From IMG/VR virus record IMGVR_UViG_2595698394_000001, positions 17,866 to 81,865 of that record: a stretch of DNA of 64,000 nt, one strand, 5' to 3'. Every line of letters starts with the position of its first letter. Position 1 is the stretch's first letter. Source of the DNA: a virus. Lineage: Duplodnaviria; Heunggongvirae; Uroviricota; Caudoviricetes. The position numbers and the translations under genes were made by a program. Below the pieces are notes generated by a model. It saw nothing but the letters and a program-made list of their open reading frames with translations. It ran no database searches and was not told the DNA's origin. Positions 36,943-47,110 of the stretch are shown piece by piece.

Positions 36943-39741
36943 TTATATTCTCCAGTATATTAAATTCTGATTTCTGTTTGCCAATAAAGGTATCGGAATA
37001 ATCACATTACCTAAGCAATCTAAAACTTCTTGTACTGTATAAGAAAGTGTTGTAAATTCTAAATAATTAGCATCAGCAATGTTATTACTATCTATAATTA
37101 TGTTAGTTCCAGGAGCATTAGAAACTGTATCTAATTGTTGATGTATTTTAGATCCTGTTCCAAAATTACTTCCACAAATAACTACATCACCAACTTCTGA
37201 GTTGCTATTATTTCCAATCCTTATTCCTGCCCCGTTTATAAAAGTATTGTTGCTCCATTTAGTATTTGCTTTATCGATTAAAGCCCAAGGATAATTTCCG
37301 CTTCCATCAAATGTACAGTTTTTAATAACTATATTATCAAGAAGTCCATTTGGGTCAGTGTCAAGTGGTCTGGCTCCAATTAAGCCAGCTGGTTCAGCAT
37401 ACTGATAATAAGGATTTGAGGTTGTAATTGATTTATAGAAAACGTTGTCAATAGTTATATTGTCCATTGCCATTTTAATACCTCTTCTAGTAAAAGCTGT
37501 TACACTTCCATTTCTTAATGTCACTGAGTTATTTGTAACAGACATATTCTCGCTTGTATTATCGTCTACTCTAATAGGCCCTCCATCATCGCCATAAAAA
37601 CCATCCCATACAAAATCCTCTATTAATACAGTAAAAGTATCTGGAGGCATGGCGTTAACTTGAATATCGTAAGCTCTAGCAGATCCTAGTCCGTCTCCTA
37701 TAATTGAATTATACTCACTATACATTTTAGTTACATCGCAGTTATTCCATGTAAAGTCTCCATAGTTAGTTAGATTTATATTTAATAACCAACCTACAAT
37801 ACTTTGAGTTGGAGAATAAAAATCTAGTAAATTTACATTTTCTGCATAAATAGGGGAATCAACTCTAACACCATTTCTTTGTAGATCTTTCCCGTCTATT
37901 GTTAAGTTCTTAAGAGTGGTTAAACTTCTATCCGGCTTGTCTATATCAATTGCATACCTATCTGCATAAGAACTTACTATTATAGTGGCTCCATTAAAAT
38001 CCACTTCTTGCGCCCCACTTTGGTTTATATCTAAAGTTCCTGAAACTAAGTATATCTCATTACCTAAAGGTTTAGTTGTACTACCGCTATCTAGCCATGT
38101 TTGTAATGCTGCTGTATCATCTACTGTACCAGTACCATCAGTATTAGGTATTCCTGTAGCAGTAGAGTACTCATATGCACCTATATCATAACTTCCATTT
38201 TGAGGTCTAGCATTACCTATATAATCAGTAGCAGCTAAAGCATGTACTGTACTGGCATCCATACCTATATCTCTTAATGGACTAGCTTCTTGCAAAGTGT
38301 AGTCAGAGTTAAACATAGGATTTAAAGCTGTAGTGTTAACTAGAGTTCTTTCTGTATTATTGGTAGGTGTTGCAAAACCATTATTATAAAAGTTACAATT
38401 ATAATAATACAAGTCTACTGGTTGGTCTGTAGCTGTTCCACTATAACTCCAAGTATCATAATCACCTATATTAGAGAATGAACTGTTATAAATATGTAAA
38501 GTACCAGTTCTATTTGTATTAACAATATGAGGAGCGTTGTCAGCTGTCATATTCACTATATAGTTAGTACCTCCATCATCAGGATCACTAAATCCTAATC
38601 TATGGTATGATATTACAGCATTCCCCAATCCAGTTGGTACATCTTTAACTATGAAATTAATAAAGTAGTTGTTATTACCAGAATACACATGACTAACTCC
38701 TGGTTGTCTAGTATCACTTGCTCCTAAAAATTGTATAGCATTAGAATCAGTAAATTTCCAGTTGTAGAATATGTTGTTATTACTTTCACCTGAAATCTGT
38801 ATTTCACCTTGATTAGCTACACCACTACCAATTACTCTAATATTTCTCAAAGTATTATTTGAAGATTGTACTTCTATCTGTGTTCTTAGATTTGTATGTA
38901 CACCATTTTCTATTAAGTTATTGTTAGATTGCAACTGTATCATCACTGCCCGACCTTGGTGCATTGTACTACTTGCTATCTCTCTATAAGCAATATAATT
39001 TCTTAAAGTAGAATTAGTTACTGTAGCAAAATCGAATTGGTAATCACTAGCATTACCACCTCTAGTTGTATAAGCTTCACAACCTTCTAATAGTATGTTA
39101 TCAGCATTAACTATAAAGTAAGAGGCAGCTCCAGCATCGTATACAGCACAATTAAGTATAGCTGAATCATTCATGCCTACTGAGTATATTCCTTGACCAC
39201 TTAAGAATGCACCTCCTACCGCTCCTTGATTCCAACCAGGATCGGTTTGATCCCAGCTACCCATTTCATTACATATAATGTTTTTAATCTCTATACCTAC
39301 TATAGTTCCATTTGTTATGTCTACACCTATTTGATAGTATTGGATTTTTATATTCTCTAAATGTATATAAGAGTGTTCTATATAAAAAGCTCTATCAGTG
39401 TTTTCAGGTGCATCATCTGAGCCTCTATCCATTTGTAGCAATGGCATATCTTCATCACCCAACACATAATTGTCAGTGTCATACATAGCCTTAGTGTATG
39501 TAGGTCCATCAATACTAACTATATCCCCAGGTGTATTTAGATAACCTATAAACTTAATAGGATTAGCTAAGGTACCAGCTCGCTCTGTAGTGTTTATTGA
39601 ACTTGCATAAGTAAAAGCTTTAATGTATACTATATCACCTGGGTATGCTGCATCAATTCCTTCTTGGATAGTTTTAAATGCGTTAAGTTCTGTTAGACCA
39701 TCCCCAGAAGAAGTAATATTTCCATCTACAAAGTATTCCAT
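36943..39741 (-). CDS. Tandem double beta-helix polysaccharide depolymerase-like protein
   Basis: N-terminal YFVDG...GDG.T...AFKTIQ.GID.A.PGD.VYI (DUF1565-like); LQEASPLRDIG...D..GNARP...YDIGAYEY (choice-of-anchor-Q-like); second helix starts at DGTGTVDDTAALQ. Confidence 0.72.
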   Translation of the reverse strand: MEYFVDGNITSSGDGLTELNAFKTIQEGIDAAYPGDIVYIKAFTYASSINTTERAGTLANPIKFIGYLNTPGDIVSIDGPTYTKAMYDTDNYVLGDEDMPLLQMDRGSDDAPENTDRAFYIEHSYIHLENIKIQYYQIGVDITNGTIVGIEIKNIICNEMGSWDQTDPGWNQGAVGGAFLSGQGIYSVGMNDSAILNCAVYDAGAASYFIVNADNILLEGCEAYTTRGGNASDYQFDFATVTNSTLRNYIAYREIASSTMHQGRAVMIQLQSNNNLIENGVHTNLRTQIEVQSSNNTLRNIRVIGSGVANQGEIQISGESNNNIFYNWKFTDSNAIQFLGASDTRQPGVSHVYSGNNNYFINFIVKDVPTGLGNAVISYHRLGFSDPDDGGTNYIVNMTADNAPHIVNTNRTGTLHIYNSSFSNIGDYDTWSYSGTATDQPVDLYYYNCNFYNNGFATPTNNTERTLVNTTALNPMFNSDYTLQEASPLRDIGMDASTVHALAATDYIGNARPQNGSYDIGAYEYSTATGIPNTDGTGTVDDTAALQTWLDSGSTTKPLGNEIYLVSGTLDINQSGAQEVDFNGATIIVSSYADRYAIDIDKPDRSLTTLKNLTIDGKDLQRNGVRVDSPIYAENVNLLDFYSPTQSIVGWLLNINLTNYGDFTWNNCDVTKMYSEYNSIIGDGLGSARAYDIQVNAMPPDTFTVLIEDFVWDGFYGDDGGPIRVDDNTSENMSVTNNSVTLRNGSVTAFTRRGIKMAMDNITIDNVFYKSITTSNPYYQYAEPAGLIGARPLDTDPNGLLDNIVIKNCTFDGSGNYPWALIDKANTKWSNNTFINGAGIRIGNNSNSEVGDVVICGSNFGTGSKIHQQLDTVSNAPGTNIIIDSNNIADANYLEFTTLSYTVQEVLDCLGNVIIPIPLLANRNQNLIYWRI

Positions 39742-39743
39742 AT

Positions 39744-42362
39744 CTATTCTTCTTTTCTTTTAAGTGAATAATTAGCTACCTGAACAGTATCACCTGCTAC
39801 ACCAGCTAATCCTCCAGTTGTTGCATTTCTATTAGTATTAGCATCCAAACTAATAATGTTAGTACCTGCTGTAACTGCCTCTCCGCTATAATAAGCCCAA
39901 TCAGCTGTTAAAATATGTCTAGCGCTAGTAGCAACACCACCACCAATTGTTACTGATTGAGAACCTATAGTAGCAGCTATAGCTCTTGCCCAGAATGAAT
40001 ACTCATAAGCGACTCCAGAACCTGCTGCATTAACATTAGAATTACCAAAGAATCTTGAAAATTGAGTAGGAGGGTCTACACTTGTTGCTTGTGCTACAAA
40101 TATTGTTTCCCCGTTAACCACTTCAGACTCAGAAGTAACTGTAGCGCTACTTGTCACTAAACCTGTTGTAGCATCTGTATTATTAGATTTAGATAAAGCG
40201 TTTAATACAGTATAAATCTCAGGACTATCATTAACATACAATCCGAATCCTTTATATCTCCAAACATCTTCAGCTTTTCTAAATATAGATCCCCAAGCAT
40301 TTTCACCTGTTAATTGTAATCTAGGCAACTCTATTCCTGTTTCAGGTTCTATAATAATTTTACCAGTTGCTAATTGATTTTCAAATGTGATTACACCATT
40401 ACCTTCAAACTCTTCATTTACTTGAGTTGGTATTGTAATGTGATAAGTAGCTTCTAAATTAAGTTCTTGAATGGATCCTAACTCTTCTTTAACTATAGTT
40501 TTATTCCCTGTTATATCTACCCACTGTAGAGCATTTGAAGACTCTAGATCTGATTTTGAAATAGGTTCTATTTTATTCTCCCCATTTATAACATAAGTTT
40601 CACCTGCCCCTCTCACGAATTTACCTAAAGTAGTGTCATAATAAGTTCCAGTTGTTGATTTTTCAGCTGAAGTCCCTATTCTCCTAATTCCACCAGAAGT
40701 CCACATAGTACCATCCCATACCATAGGTGCTGTGTACATACCTTGCATGTAGTATAACCCTGAAATAGATACTGGATCAGTGTGTCTTATAAAAAAGTTA
40801 GGTTGCTTAACTCCAACTACATCATAAACTTTATCAGCTATAATCTCCTCTTCAAAGAAAAACTCTCCATTGTCTATACTTAACCTATAAGCTTTATCTG
40901 TAGTTCTATCTTTTAATATTACACCTTTGTTTTTATCTATAAAACTAATATCTTTTAAAGAATTTTGATAAGCTTTTTTATAGTGTAAATTTTGACTGCT
41001 TAGAGTAGGTACACTTTCTGGAGCTACCGCAACAAATCCTTCGACATCTTGCATTTGATTAGCTGTTACCTTTCTGTCTATTGGATTAAATGTTCCAAAG
41101 TTAGTTGTACCATATGTAAATCTATCCCATTCAGTTGTAGATATTTTTTGGTTTTCATAAGTAACCCTAGTGCCAAAAGAGGCGTCTAAGTTAACAACAT
41201 TACTTGGAAGTAAATCTGTTACTAAGTTTGAAAAAACATTATCTGGGCCATCTAAAATAGTAATTTTATACCTGTTATAGTCAGCCAACATATTACCTGA
41301 AAATTCAACATTACCTTGTTTATAAGTAAAGTAAGATTCAGCATTCACACTATTGTTTATTAGATTCCCTTTAAAAGTCATGTCTACTGTAGATACAGAT
41401 AATGTAGGGCTAAAGTAAAAGATATTATCATTTGCTTCAAAATAGTTACCTGTGATATTACTTCTAAATTTGTTATCTACACCTCCATTATTTAAATCAG
41501 TTAAGTAAAATGCATGAACAAAACCTTCGATAGTCATATCATTAAATTTACCACCTAAAGTCCTAGTTTCAATTTCAAAAGCTTTAGTTTGGTAATTAGA
41601 AGCTACATTAAATTTAGACACATCTATTAAGTTATCTGCACTAGCAGCTCTTATACTTAATCCATAAAATCCAGTGCCATTCACTTCATCAAATGATTGA
41701 TTTTGAGTAGAAGTAAATTTAATGGCATTTAAGCAATCTCTTACTGTAGATGTACCTAAGAAGTTGGAATACCAAACTCCTCTCATTTCTACACCTAAAA
41801 CTACTTTTTCTATAAGTAGATCTTCGAAACTTAATTGCTGAAATCTCATACAATCTATTCCCTTAGCTCTCCACTCGCCAGATATCTTCAGGTTTTTAAT
41901 CCAAATGTAAGCTTGATTAGAAGAATCGTTTATAATGCTCACTAAGAATCCAGTGTATCCTGTAGAAGGCTTTAAATATGTATCAGTAAAATCAAAAGTA
42001 GCTCCTGCACTTTCCCCTAGCTCTAGAGGTCTAGACATATAGTATTGACCATTAGGTATTTTTACATGTTGATTATCTTTAAATGCATAGAATCCTACGT
42101 TATTTTGTTTATTTACTCCACTTTGTAAATAAAACCATGAAGCACTATCTGATAAAGTAGCTGAACTATTTACTACTTGCACCTCTGTTAAAGTAACGGA
42201 AGGATAAGCTTGTGCTATAGTTTGAGTGTAATCTGGAGCACCGCCTAATTCACTAAATACTGTAGCTTCACTTGATGTGTTAACTAATGCATCTTCAAGA
42301 CCTATTACCTTTGAAATTGGTAAGTCTTCTATTTGGTCTATATCTAATTTTATTTTTGTCAT
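39744..42362 (-). CDS. Tailspike-like beta-helix protein with a C-terminal carbohydrate-binding-like domain
   Basis: Shared IEDLPISKVIGLEDAL N-terminal peptide; Asn/Gly/Ile-rich beta-helix; YEYSFWARA...W.YYSG jelly-roll-like C-terminus. Confidence 0.62.
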   Translation of the reverse strand: MTKIKLDIDQIEDLPISKVIGLEDALVNTSSEATVFSELGGAPDYTQTIAQAYPSVTLTEVQVVNSSATLSDSASWFYLQSGVNKQNNVGFYAFKDNQHVKIPNGQYYMSRPLELGESAGATFDFTDTYLKPSTGYTGFLVSIINDSSNQAYIWIKNLKISGEWRAKGIDCMRFQQLSFEDLLIEKVVLGVEMRGVWYSNFLGTSTVRDCLNAIKFTSTQNQSFDEVNGTGFYGLSIRAASADNLIDVSKFNVASNYQTKAFEIETRTLGGKFNDMTIEGFVHAFYLTDLNNGGVDNKFRSNITGNYFEANDNIFYFSPTLSVSTVDMTFKGNLINNSVNAESYFTYKQGNVEFSGNMLADYNRYKITILDGPDNVFSNLVTDLLPSNVVNLDASFGTRVTYENQKISTTEWDRFTYGTTNFGTFNPIDRKVTANQMQDVEGFVAVAPESVPTLSSQNLHYKKAYQNSLKDISFIDKNKGVILKDRTTDKAYRLSIDNGEFFFEEEIIADKVYDVVGVKQPNFFIRHTDPVSISGLYYMQGMYTAPMVWDGTMWTSGGIRRIGTSAEKSTTGTYYDTTLGKFVRGAGETYVINGENKIEPISKSDLESSNALQWVDITGNKTIVKEELGSIQELNLEATYHITIPTQVNEEFEGNGVITFENQLATGKIIIEPETGIELPRLQLTGENAWGSIFRKAEDVWRYKGFGLYVNDSPEIYTVLNALSKSNNTDATTGLVTSSATVTSESEVVNGETIFVAQATSVDPPTQFSRFFGNSNVNAAGSGVAYEYSFWARAIAATIGSQSVTIGGGVATSARHILTADWAYYSGEAVTAGTNIISLDANTNRNATTGGLAGVAGDTVQVANYSLKRKEE
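42304..42329. repeat. 26-bp exact repeat shared with 47041-47066 (5' ends of two spike genes)
   Basis: ATTACCTTTGAAATTGGTAAGTCTTC read at both positions. Confidence 0.85.
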
Positions 42363-42375
42363 CCTATTTTAATTT

Positions 42376-44211
42376 TTATATGCTATCAGGATATTGTTGA
42401 CCTGAACTATGATAATTATCTCTTATTAATGGTGTTCCTGTTCCATTAATATCTATTCCTACTCCTGAACTAAATCCAGTAGCTCCATCTACGCTTTCTT
42501 GATAATTACCTATAATAGATACACCACCAATTATATCTCCATCTATTCTTATTAGCTCTTTTCTTGAACCTGCTACAGTTCTTAGAATTGTATTGTTTTT
42601 TATAAGCACATTTTCTAAAGTTGTACCAGAACCAAAACTACCTATTCCAAATACAATTTCAGTTCCATCTGTGTTAATAATTATAGTATTGTTCTCTATG
42701 TTGATGTTTTTATAAGTGTTGGTATTTGACCCTAAATCAAACAAACCCCTACCATTTGCACCAGCCTCTCTAGTGTAGGTATTTCTTTTTATATTAGTAA
42801 TACCCTCGAATACTGGATTATCTGTATTATACATATAAGAAGATTGACCTTGAAAAGTATTATCTATAAGTTCAGTGTTACCAACAACAGAGTTGAATAC
42901 AAATTGAGAATTTATAAATGTGCATCCTTTTATTTGCAAGCTACCAGTATTTGTTGCTAAGATTCTACCATCATAGCCATTTCTGTTATCAAAAATACAA
43001 TCTATAGCTTTACCATATTTGTTCCTTTCATTAGGAGTAGTAGTTGAATTATGTATTGAAAATGTAAGCATTCCAGAAGGAGTTCCACCTATTGTTCTAG
43101 GATCACCAACAACAGTACTTATGAATCTAACTCTATATAGCTCTATTCCTGAGCTAGTACCTTTGATTGCTCTTCTTGACCAGTTCTCTAATATAACATC
43201 TTCAACTATAGTTTTGCAGTTATGAGTGTGGTTATTATTAGCTTGAGCTAATTGAAAAATATCACCATCATTACCAAATACATTGCTATACTTACCACCT
43301 TTTATTCTTATTTGAGTTGGTTCGTCTGTGTAATTCCAGTTAACCATAATGGCTCTACAAGCCCCAGAAGCATCACCTATACTACCTCCGATAGGCGCAT
43401 TTACATTATCAACGTAACAGTTTGTGAAATTAGACGTAGTAAATTGCTTACCTACATCTACTCTAAAAGCTAAAGCTGCTGAAACATCGTCATATATATT
43501 TTTAATTCTAATGTTATTAAAATCAAAGTTTGTTTGAATATAAAAAGCTACTCCTAAAAAGTTTTTACCATCTACATTTAGATCTTTAATTTTAATTAAA
43601 TCTACAGTTGTAGAAAATAAAAATAATCTAGATTGCCTAACGGAAGGGTTGGTTATGATTGTTGAACCATTACCTTCTACTTCTATTGTTCCTGCTCTAG
43701 TAAAATCTTTATTTTGTAAAATTAAATAGGTAGCATTATGACCTAACACAACTTTTCTCCCATCATTAAATGCATCTTCAAACGCATCACTACTATCTAC
43801 AACACCTGTAGGGTCTGCTCCAAATTGTTCTGGGGCAACTGTATTTAAGCTTACAGATACTGTAGTTCCTACTTGATATGTTGCGTAAATAAAATCTCCT
43901 GTATTAGGAGCGTCTTCTAAAGTAAAAGTACCAGTTGAAGGAGATGTTTCTGTTATGCCAGAACCATTAGTGTATAGTTGTCCGTTTCTATATACATTTA
44001 GTGTCCCTACATTATATTCATTATTTGAAACAGTAAAGGAAATGTTAACTCCATTTACAGCTCCTGTTAATCCTGAATTACTAGAGTCTCTAAATATGTT
44101 ATTATATTCATTACCACCTCCTGTAGAGTTAGCTAGTGCATCTTCAAGGCCCACCACTTTTGTGATAGGTATATCTTGAATGTTTTTATTCTTTATAATT
44201 GGTTCTGCCAT
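42376..44211 (-). CDS. Tailspike-like beta-helix protein (pectate-lyase-3-like start)
   Basis: Shared anchor module, then PEQFGADPTGVVDSSDAF; parallel beta-helix repeats. Confidence 0.72.
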   Translation of the reverse strand: MAEPIIKNKNIQDIPITKVVGLEDALANSTGGGNEYNNIFRDSSNSGLTGAVNGVNISFTVSNNEYNVGTLNVYRNGQLYTNGSGITETSPSTGTFTLEDAPNTGDFIYATYQVGTTVSVSLNTVAPEQFGADPTGVVDSSDAFEDAFNDGRKVVLGHNATYLILQNKDFTRAGTIEVEGNGSTIITNPSVRQSRLFLFSTTVDLIKIKDLNVDGKNFLGVAFYIQTNFDFNNIRIKNIYDDVSAALAFRVDVGKQFTTSNFTNCYVDNVNAPIGGSIGDASGACRAIMVNWNYTDEPTQIRIKGGKYSNVFGNDGDIFQLAQANNNHTHNCKTIVEDVILENWSRRAIKGTSSGIELYRVRFISTVVGDPRTIGGTPSGMLTFSIHNSTTTPNERNKYGKAIDCIFDNRNGYDGRILATNTGSLQIKGCTFINSQFVFNSVVGNTELIDNTFQGQSSYMYNTDNPVFEGITNIKRNTYTREAGANGRGLFDLGSNTNTYKNINIENNTIIINTDGTEIVFGIGSFGSGTTLENVLIKNNTILRTVAGSRKELIRIDGDIIGGVSIIGNYQESVDGATGFSSGVGIDINGTGTPLIRDNYHSSGQQYPDSI

Positions 44212-44231
44212 TATTTATGTTTTATTATTTA

Positions 44232-47099
44232 TTAAAATGTTGATCCAGAGCCATCAATCCAACTATTTGTAGCTATACAAATATAAACTCCTGTAGATGT
44301 AAATCTTACTTCTCCTGCTGTTCCTGTTGCAGATGAGTTTGCAGGAGCTGTGTCTAAAGTGTTCTTTTTTAATGTGGAGTTATACAGCTCTACAAAACCA
44401 TTATCAGAACCACCTTCTATTTTTAATCTGGTAGTGTTTGATGCAGAGCTATTTTGTGTTTGAAAATTTATATCAGCACCACCTATTTGTCGTATTGAAC
44501 TATCTGCATTTCTAGCAAAAGAAAATGTATTATCTCCTAGTTGGCTATAAATTCCTGAAGCTGTAGAACCAACTTGTAGTAATGCTCCTGTGAATGTAAA
44601 ATTAGGAACACCTTCTATTGTACCATCAGACTTAACCACTAAAATCTCGTTTTCCTCTAAAGTCTCATAGCTTAATATTGCCTGGTTAAGTGTTGATTGT
44701 ACAGAAGGACTTAGTTTAGCTAAAGAAACATTAGCGTCAACTATTTTGGAAGTTGTTACTGAATTATCTGTTACATTAGCTATTACATTATCTGACTTAT
44801 TAAATGATGTCTCACTGTATCTTTTTAATTCTATAGTTACTTTTATTACTCCTGAACTAGCAAAGTCTGTATCTGAGTTAATGTATATAGTTCTGCTTCC
44901 ACTATAATGAGAATTTTCATTTATGTTAAAATCAACCTTACCTGTTGTCTCGTACACATTAGCTATTAAGTTAGCTTTGTCTGTAATGTTACCTGTCCCT
45001 ATTGTCACATTTGTTCCAGATGTTAACGCTGTAATAGTTTCTGCAATTACTTTAGATAAAGCAAAACCTGTTGGTATGTTCATTGATAAAGCTTGGCTAG
45101 TGCCTGTGCCTAATGTTACAATTTCAGACTTAATTAAAGTACCTGTTAAAACTCCATTTATTTGTTCGGCTACATAATTATTACTAATATCAACTAGTTT
45201 TGCATAGTTGTTATTTGGATTTAATGCAGAAGCAAGTAATACTCTTGGTCTAATAGATGAAGGAGTAGAACCTAAGTCTCTCCATCCTTGAACTATTACT
45301 TCATAGTGATTGTTAGCTCCTGATAACAAAGCTGTATTATCGTGGTATATTACACCTCTAAAATCTTGTGTTGAAGTATGATTACCTATCTTTAAAAAAG
45401 AGTTTGTAATTTTATTATTACTTCCTGATATACCGTAACAACCGTAAATGTCTGTATTTAATTCACCTTCAATTATAACATTAAAGTTAGTCATTGATGA
45501 GTTGTTACCCGATGCTAAATCTAAGGGGTATATTTCTAGATATGTAGACTTATCTTTTAATGTTACATTTTCAAAATGAACATTTTCAATTGTTCCTAAA
45601 AATCTAAAGGCATTAAATCCTACACTTGAATCAAAGATACCTATTTCTGATTCTGAGTAGATGTTTTTATAAGTAGCATTACTCATGTCTTGAATTTCAC
45701 CTAAACCATCTCTTCTTAAGGATGTATAATTATCAACATAAACATTAGTTACTGTATTTATCATTTTTAATGATGTACAGTATCCGCTAGTTTCTGACCT
45801 ATGGTCATTAGAACCTACCAATATTCCGTAATCAATTGTATTCCTTATTTCTACGTTTTGAGTATTGTATAAAGGAGAAGCATCAGTGTTCAAATAGAAT
45901 AGGTGTGGAGGTGCCATCCAAAAAGCTGTACCACCTATTTCAGTTCCAGATGCTGTTTGAACATCACTGTACCTGTACGCTTTAAAATTATCTACTTTAA
46001 ATCCATCTACAACACCTTGGATACCCATTATGTATCCGTCTAAAATGATATCTTTAAAAGTTATATTTTTACATATAGATGTATCACCTACATTAGATGT
46101 GATAGTAGAGTTTTTAGCCCATTCCCATTTAAGTTTAAATGCTCCGATCATGAACTTATCGGCAGTTTCACCTTTAGATTTTACTGTTACATTATCAAAT
46201 AATATATCTTCACATGCATCAATCATGAAAGTATATCTTAATGAGCTTCTACCTGTCCATCCAAAATTTGAATTAGTTAAAGTTATTCCTCTATTTGAAA
46301 CTAAATAGTTATTTAAAAATGAAATAAAGTTGTTTGAGTCTTCAGTAGAACCACTTACAGTAGCATCATATGTTTGATCATAAACAATGTTTATATTTTT
46401 AAAAGTTATATTACTTGTTAGAACCATTAAGAATGCTGGAGTTAACAAATTGTTAACTATAATATTAGCTCCATTTATACCTTCAATCCAATCGCCACTT
46501 TCTAAAATAATAGATGATGATGTTTCTGACACATCTAAAAATATATCTCTGTCTACTATTACTCTTTTACCTACCGCTCTTGCTGCAATTAATGTTGATT
46601 CAAAAGTATCTCTATCATCAGTAATTCCATCCATAATAGAATTGTATTCTCTAGGAGACACATATCCATTTGGAGTATTCTTAAAGTTTGATATTACGTC
46701 AGACGATAATTTACTTTCAATAATAGAACCATCTACTATGTCAGTAACAGTATTACCAACTTGATATGTTACATATAAACTAGTCCCTGTCTCAGGAGCA
46801 ATTTCAAATGTGAAAACTCCAGTTCCAGGAGTAGTCTCTATGACACCGTGCCCGTCAACAAATAACTGCCCCTCAACAAATACATTAAGTGTTCCTGGAT
46901 TATAAGATCCATTAGATACCGTGAAAGATGTGTTGGTGCCATCTATAGTTCCAGTAAGGCCTGAGTCACTTGAATCTCTAAATATGTTATTGTATACATC
47001 TCCTCCACCAGTGAAGTTGTCTAATGTATCTTGAAGATTTATTACCTTTGAAATTGGTAAGTCTTCAATGTTTTCTTTTTTTATAATTGGTTCTGCCAT
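44232..47099 (-). CDS. Tailspike-like beta-helix protein, paralogue of 47111-49999, with fibre-type C-terminus
   Basis: Shared anchor module; SPREY..IMDGITDDR..F start; APPHLFYLN and GYCTSLKM; C-terminal PANSSATGTAGEVRF...VYIC.ATNSW. Confidence 0.72.
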   Translation of the reverse strand: MAEPIIKKENIEDLPISKVINLQDTLDNFTGGGDVYNNIFRDSSDSGLTGTIDGTNTSFTVSNGSYNPGTLNVFVEGQLFVDGHGVIETTPGTGVFTFEIAPETGTSLYVTYQVGNTVTDIVDGSIIESKLSSDVISNFKNTPNGYVSPREYNSIMDGITDDRDTFESTLIAARAVGKRVIVDRDIFLDVSETSSSIILESGDWIEGINGANIIVNNLLTPAFLMVLTSNITFKNINIVYDQTYDATVSGSTEDSNNFISFLNNYLVSNRGITLTNSNFGWTGRSSLRYTFMIDACEDILFDNVTVKSKGETADKFMIGAFKLKWEWAKNSTITSNVGDTSICKNITFKDIILDGYIMGIQGVVDGFKVDNFKAYRYSDVQTASGTEIGGTAFWMAPPHLFYLNTDASPLYNTQNVEIRNTIDYGILVGSNDHRSETSGYCTSLKMINTVTNVYVDNYTSLRRDGLGEIQDMSNATYKNIYSESEIGIFDSSVGFNAFRFLGTIENVHFENVTLKDKSTYLEIYPLDLASGNNSSMTNFNVIIEGELNTDIYGCYGISGSNNKITNSFLKIGNHTSTQDFRGVIYHDNTALLSGANNHYEVIVQGWRDLGSTPSSIRPRVLLASALNPNNNYAKLVDISNNYVAEQINGVLTGTLIKSEIVTLGTGTSQALSMNIPTGFALSKVIAETITALTSGTNVTIGTGNITDKANLIANVYETTGKVDFNINENSHYSGSRTIYINSDTDFASSGVIKVTIELKRYSETSFNKSDNVIANVTDNSVTTSKIVDANVSLAKLSPSVQSTLNQAILSYETLEENEILVVKSDGTIEGVPNFTFTGALLQVGSTASGIYSQLGDNTFSFARNADSSIRQIGGADINFQTQNSSASNTTRLKIEGGSDNGFVELYNSTLKKNTLDTAPANSSATGTAGEVRFTSTGVYICIATNSWIDGSGSTF
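46692..46735. repeat. 44-bp exact repeat shared with 49010-49053, within a roughly 300-bp homologous block
   Basis: TATTACGTCAGACGATAATTTACTTTCAATAATAGAACCATCTA read at both positions. Confidence 0.85.
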
Positions 47100-47110
47100 T
47101 ATCTATATTT

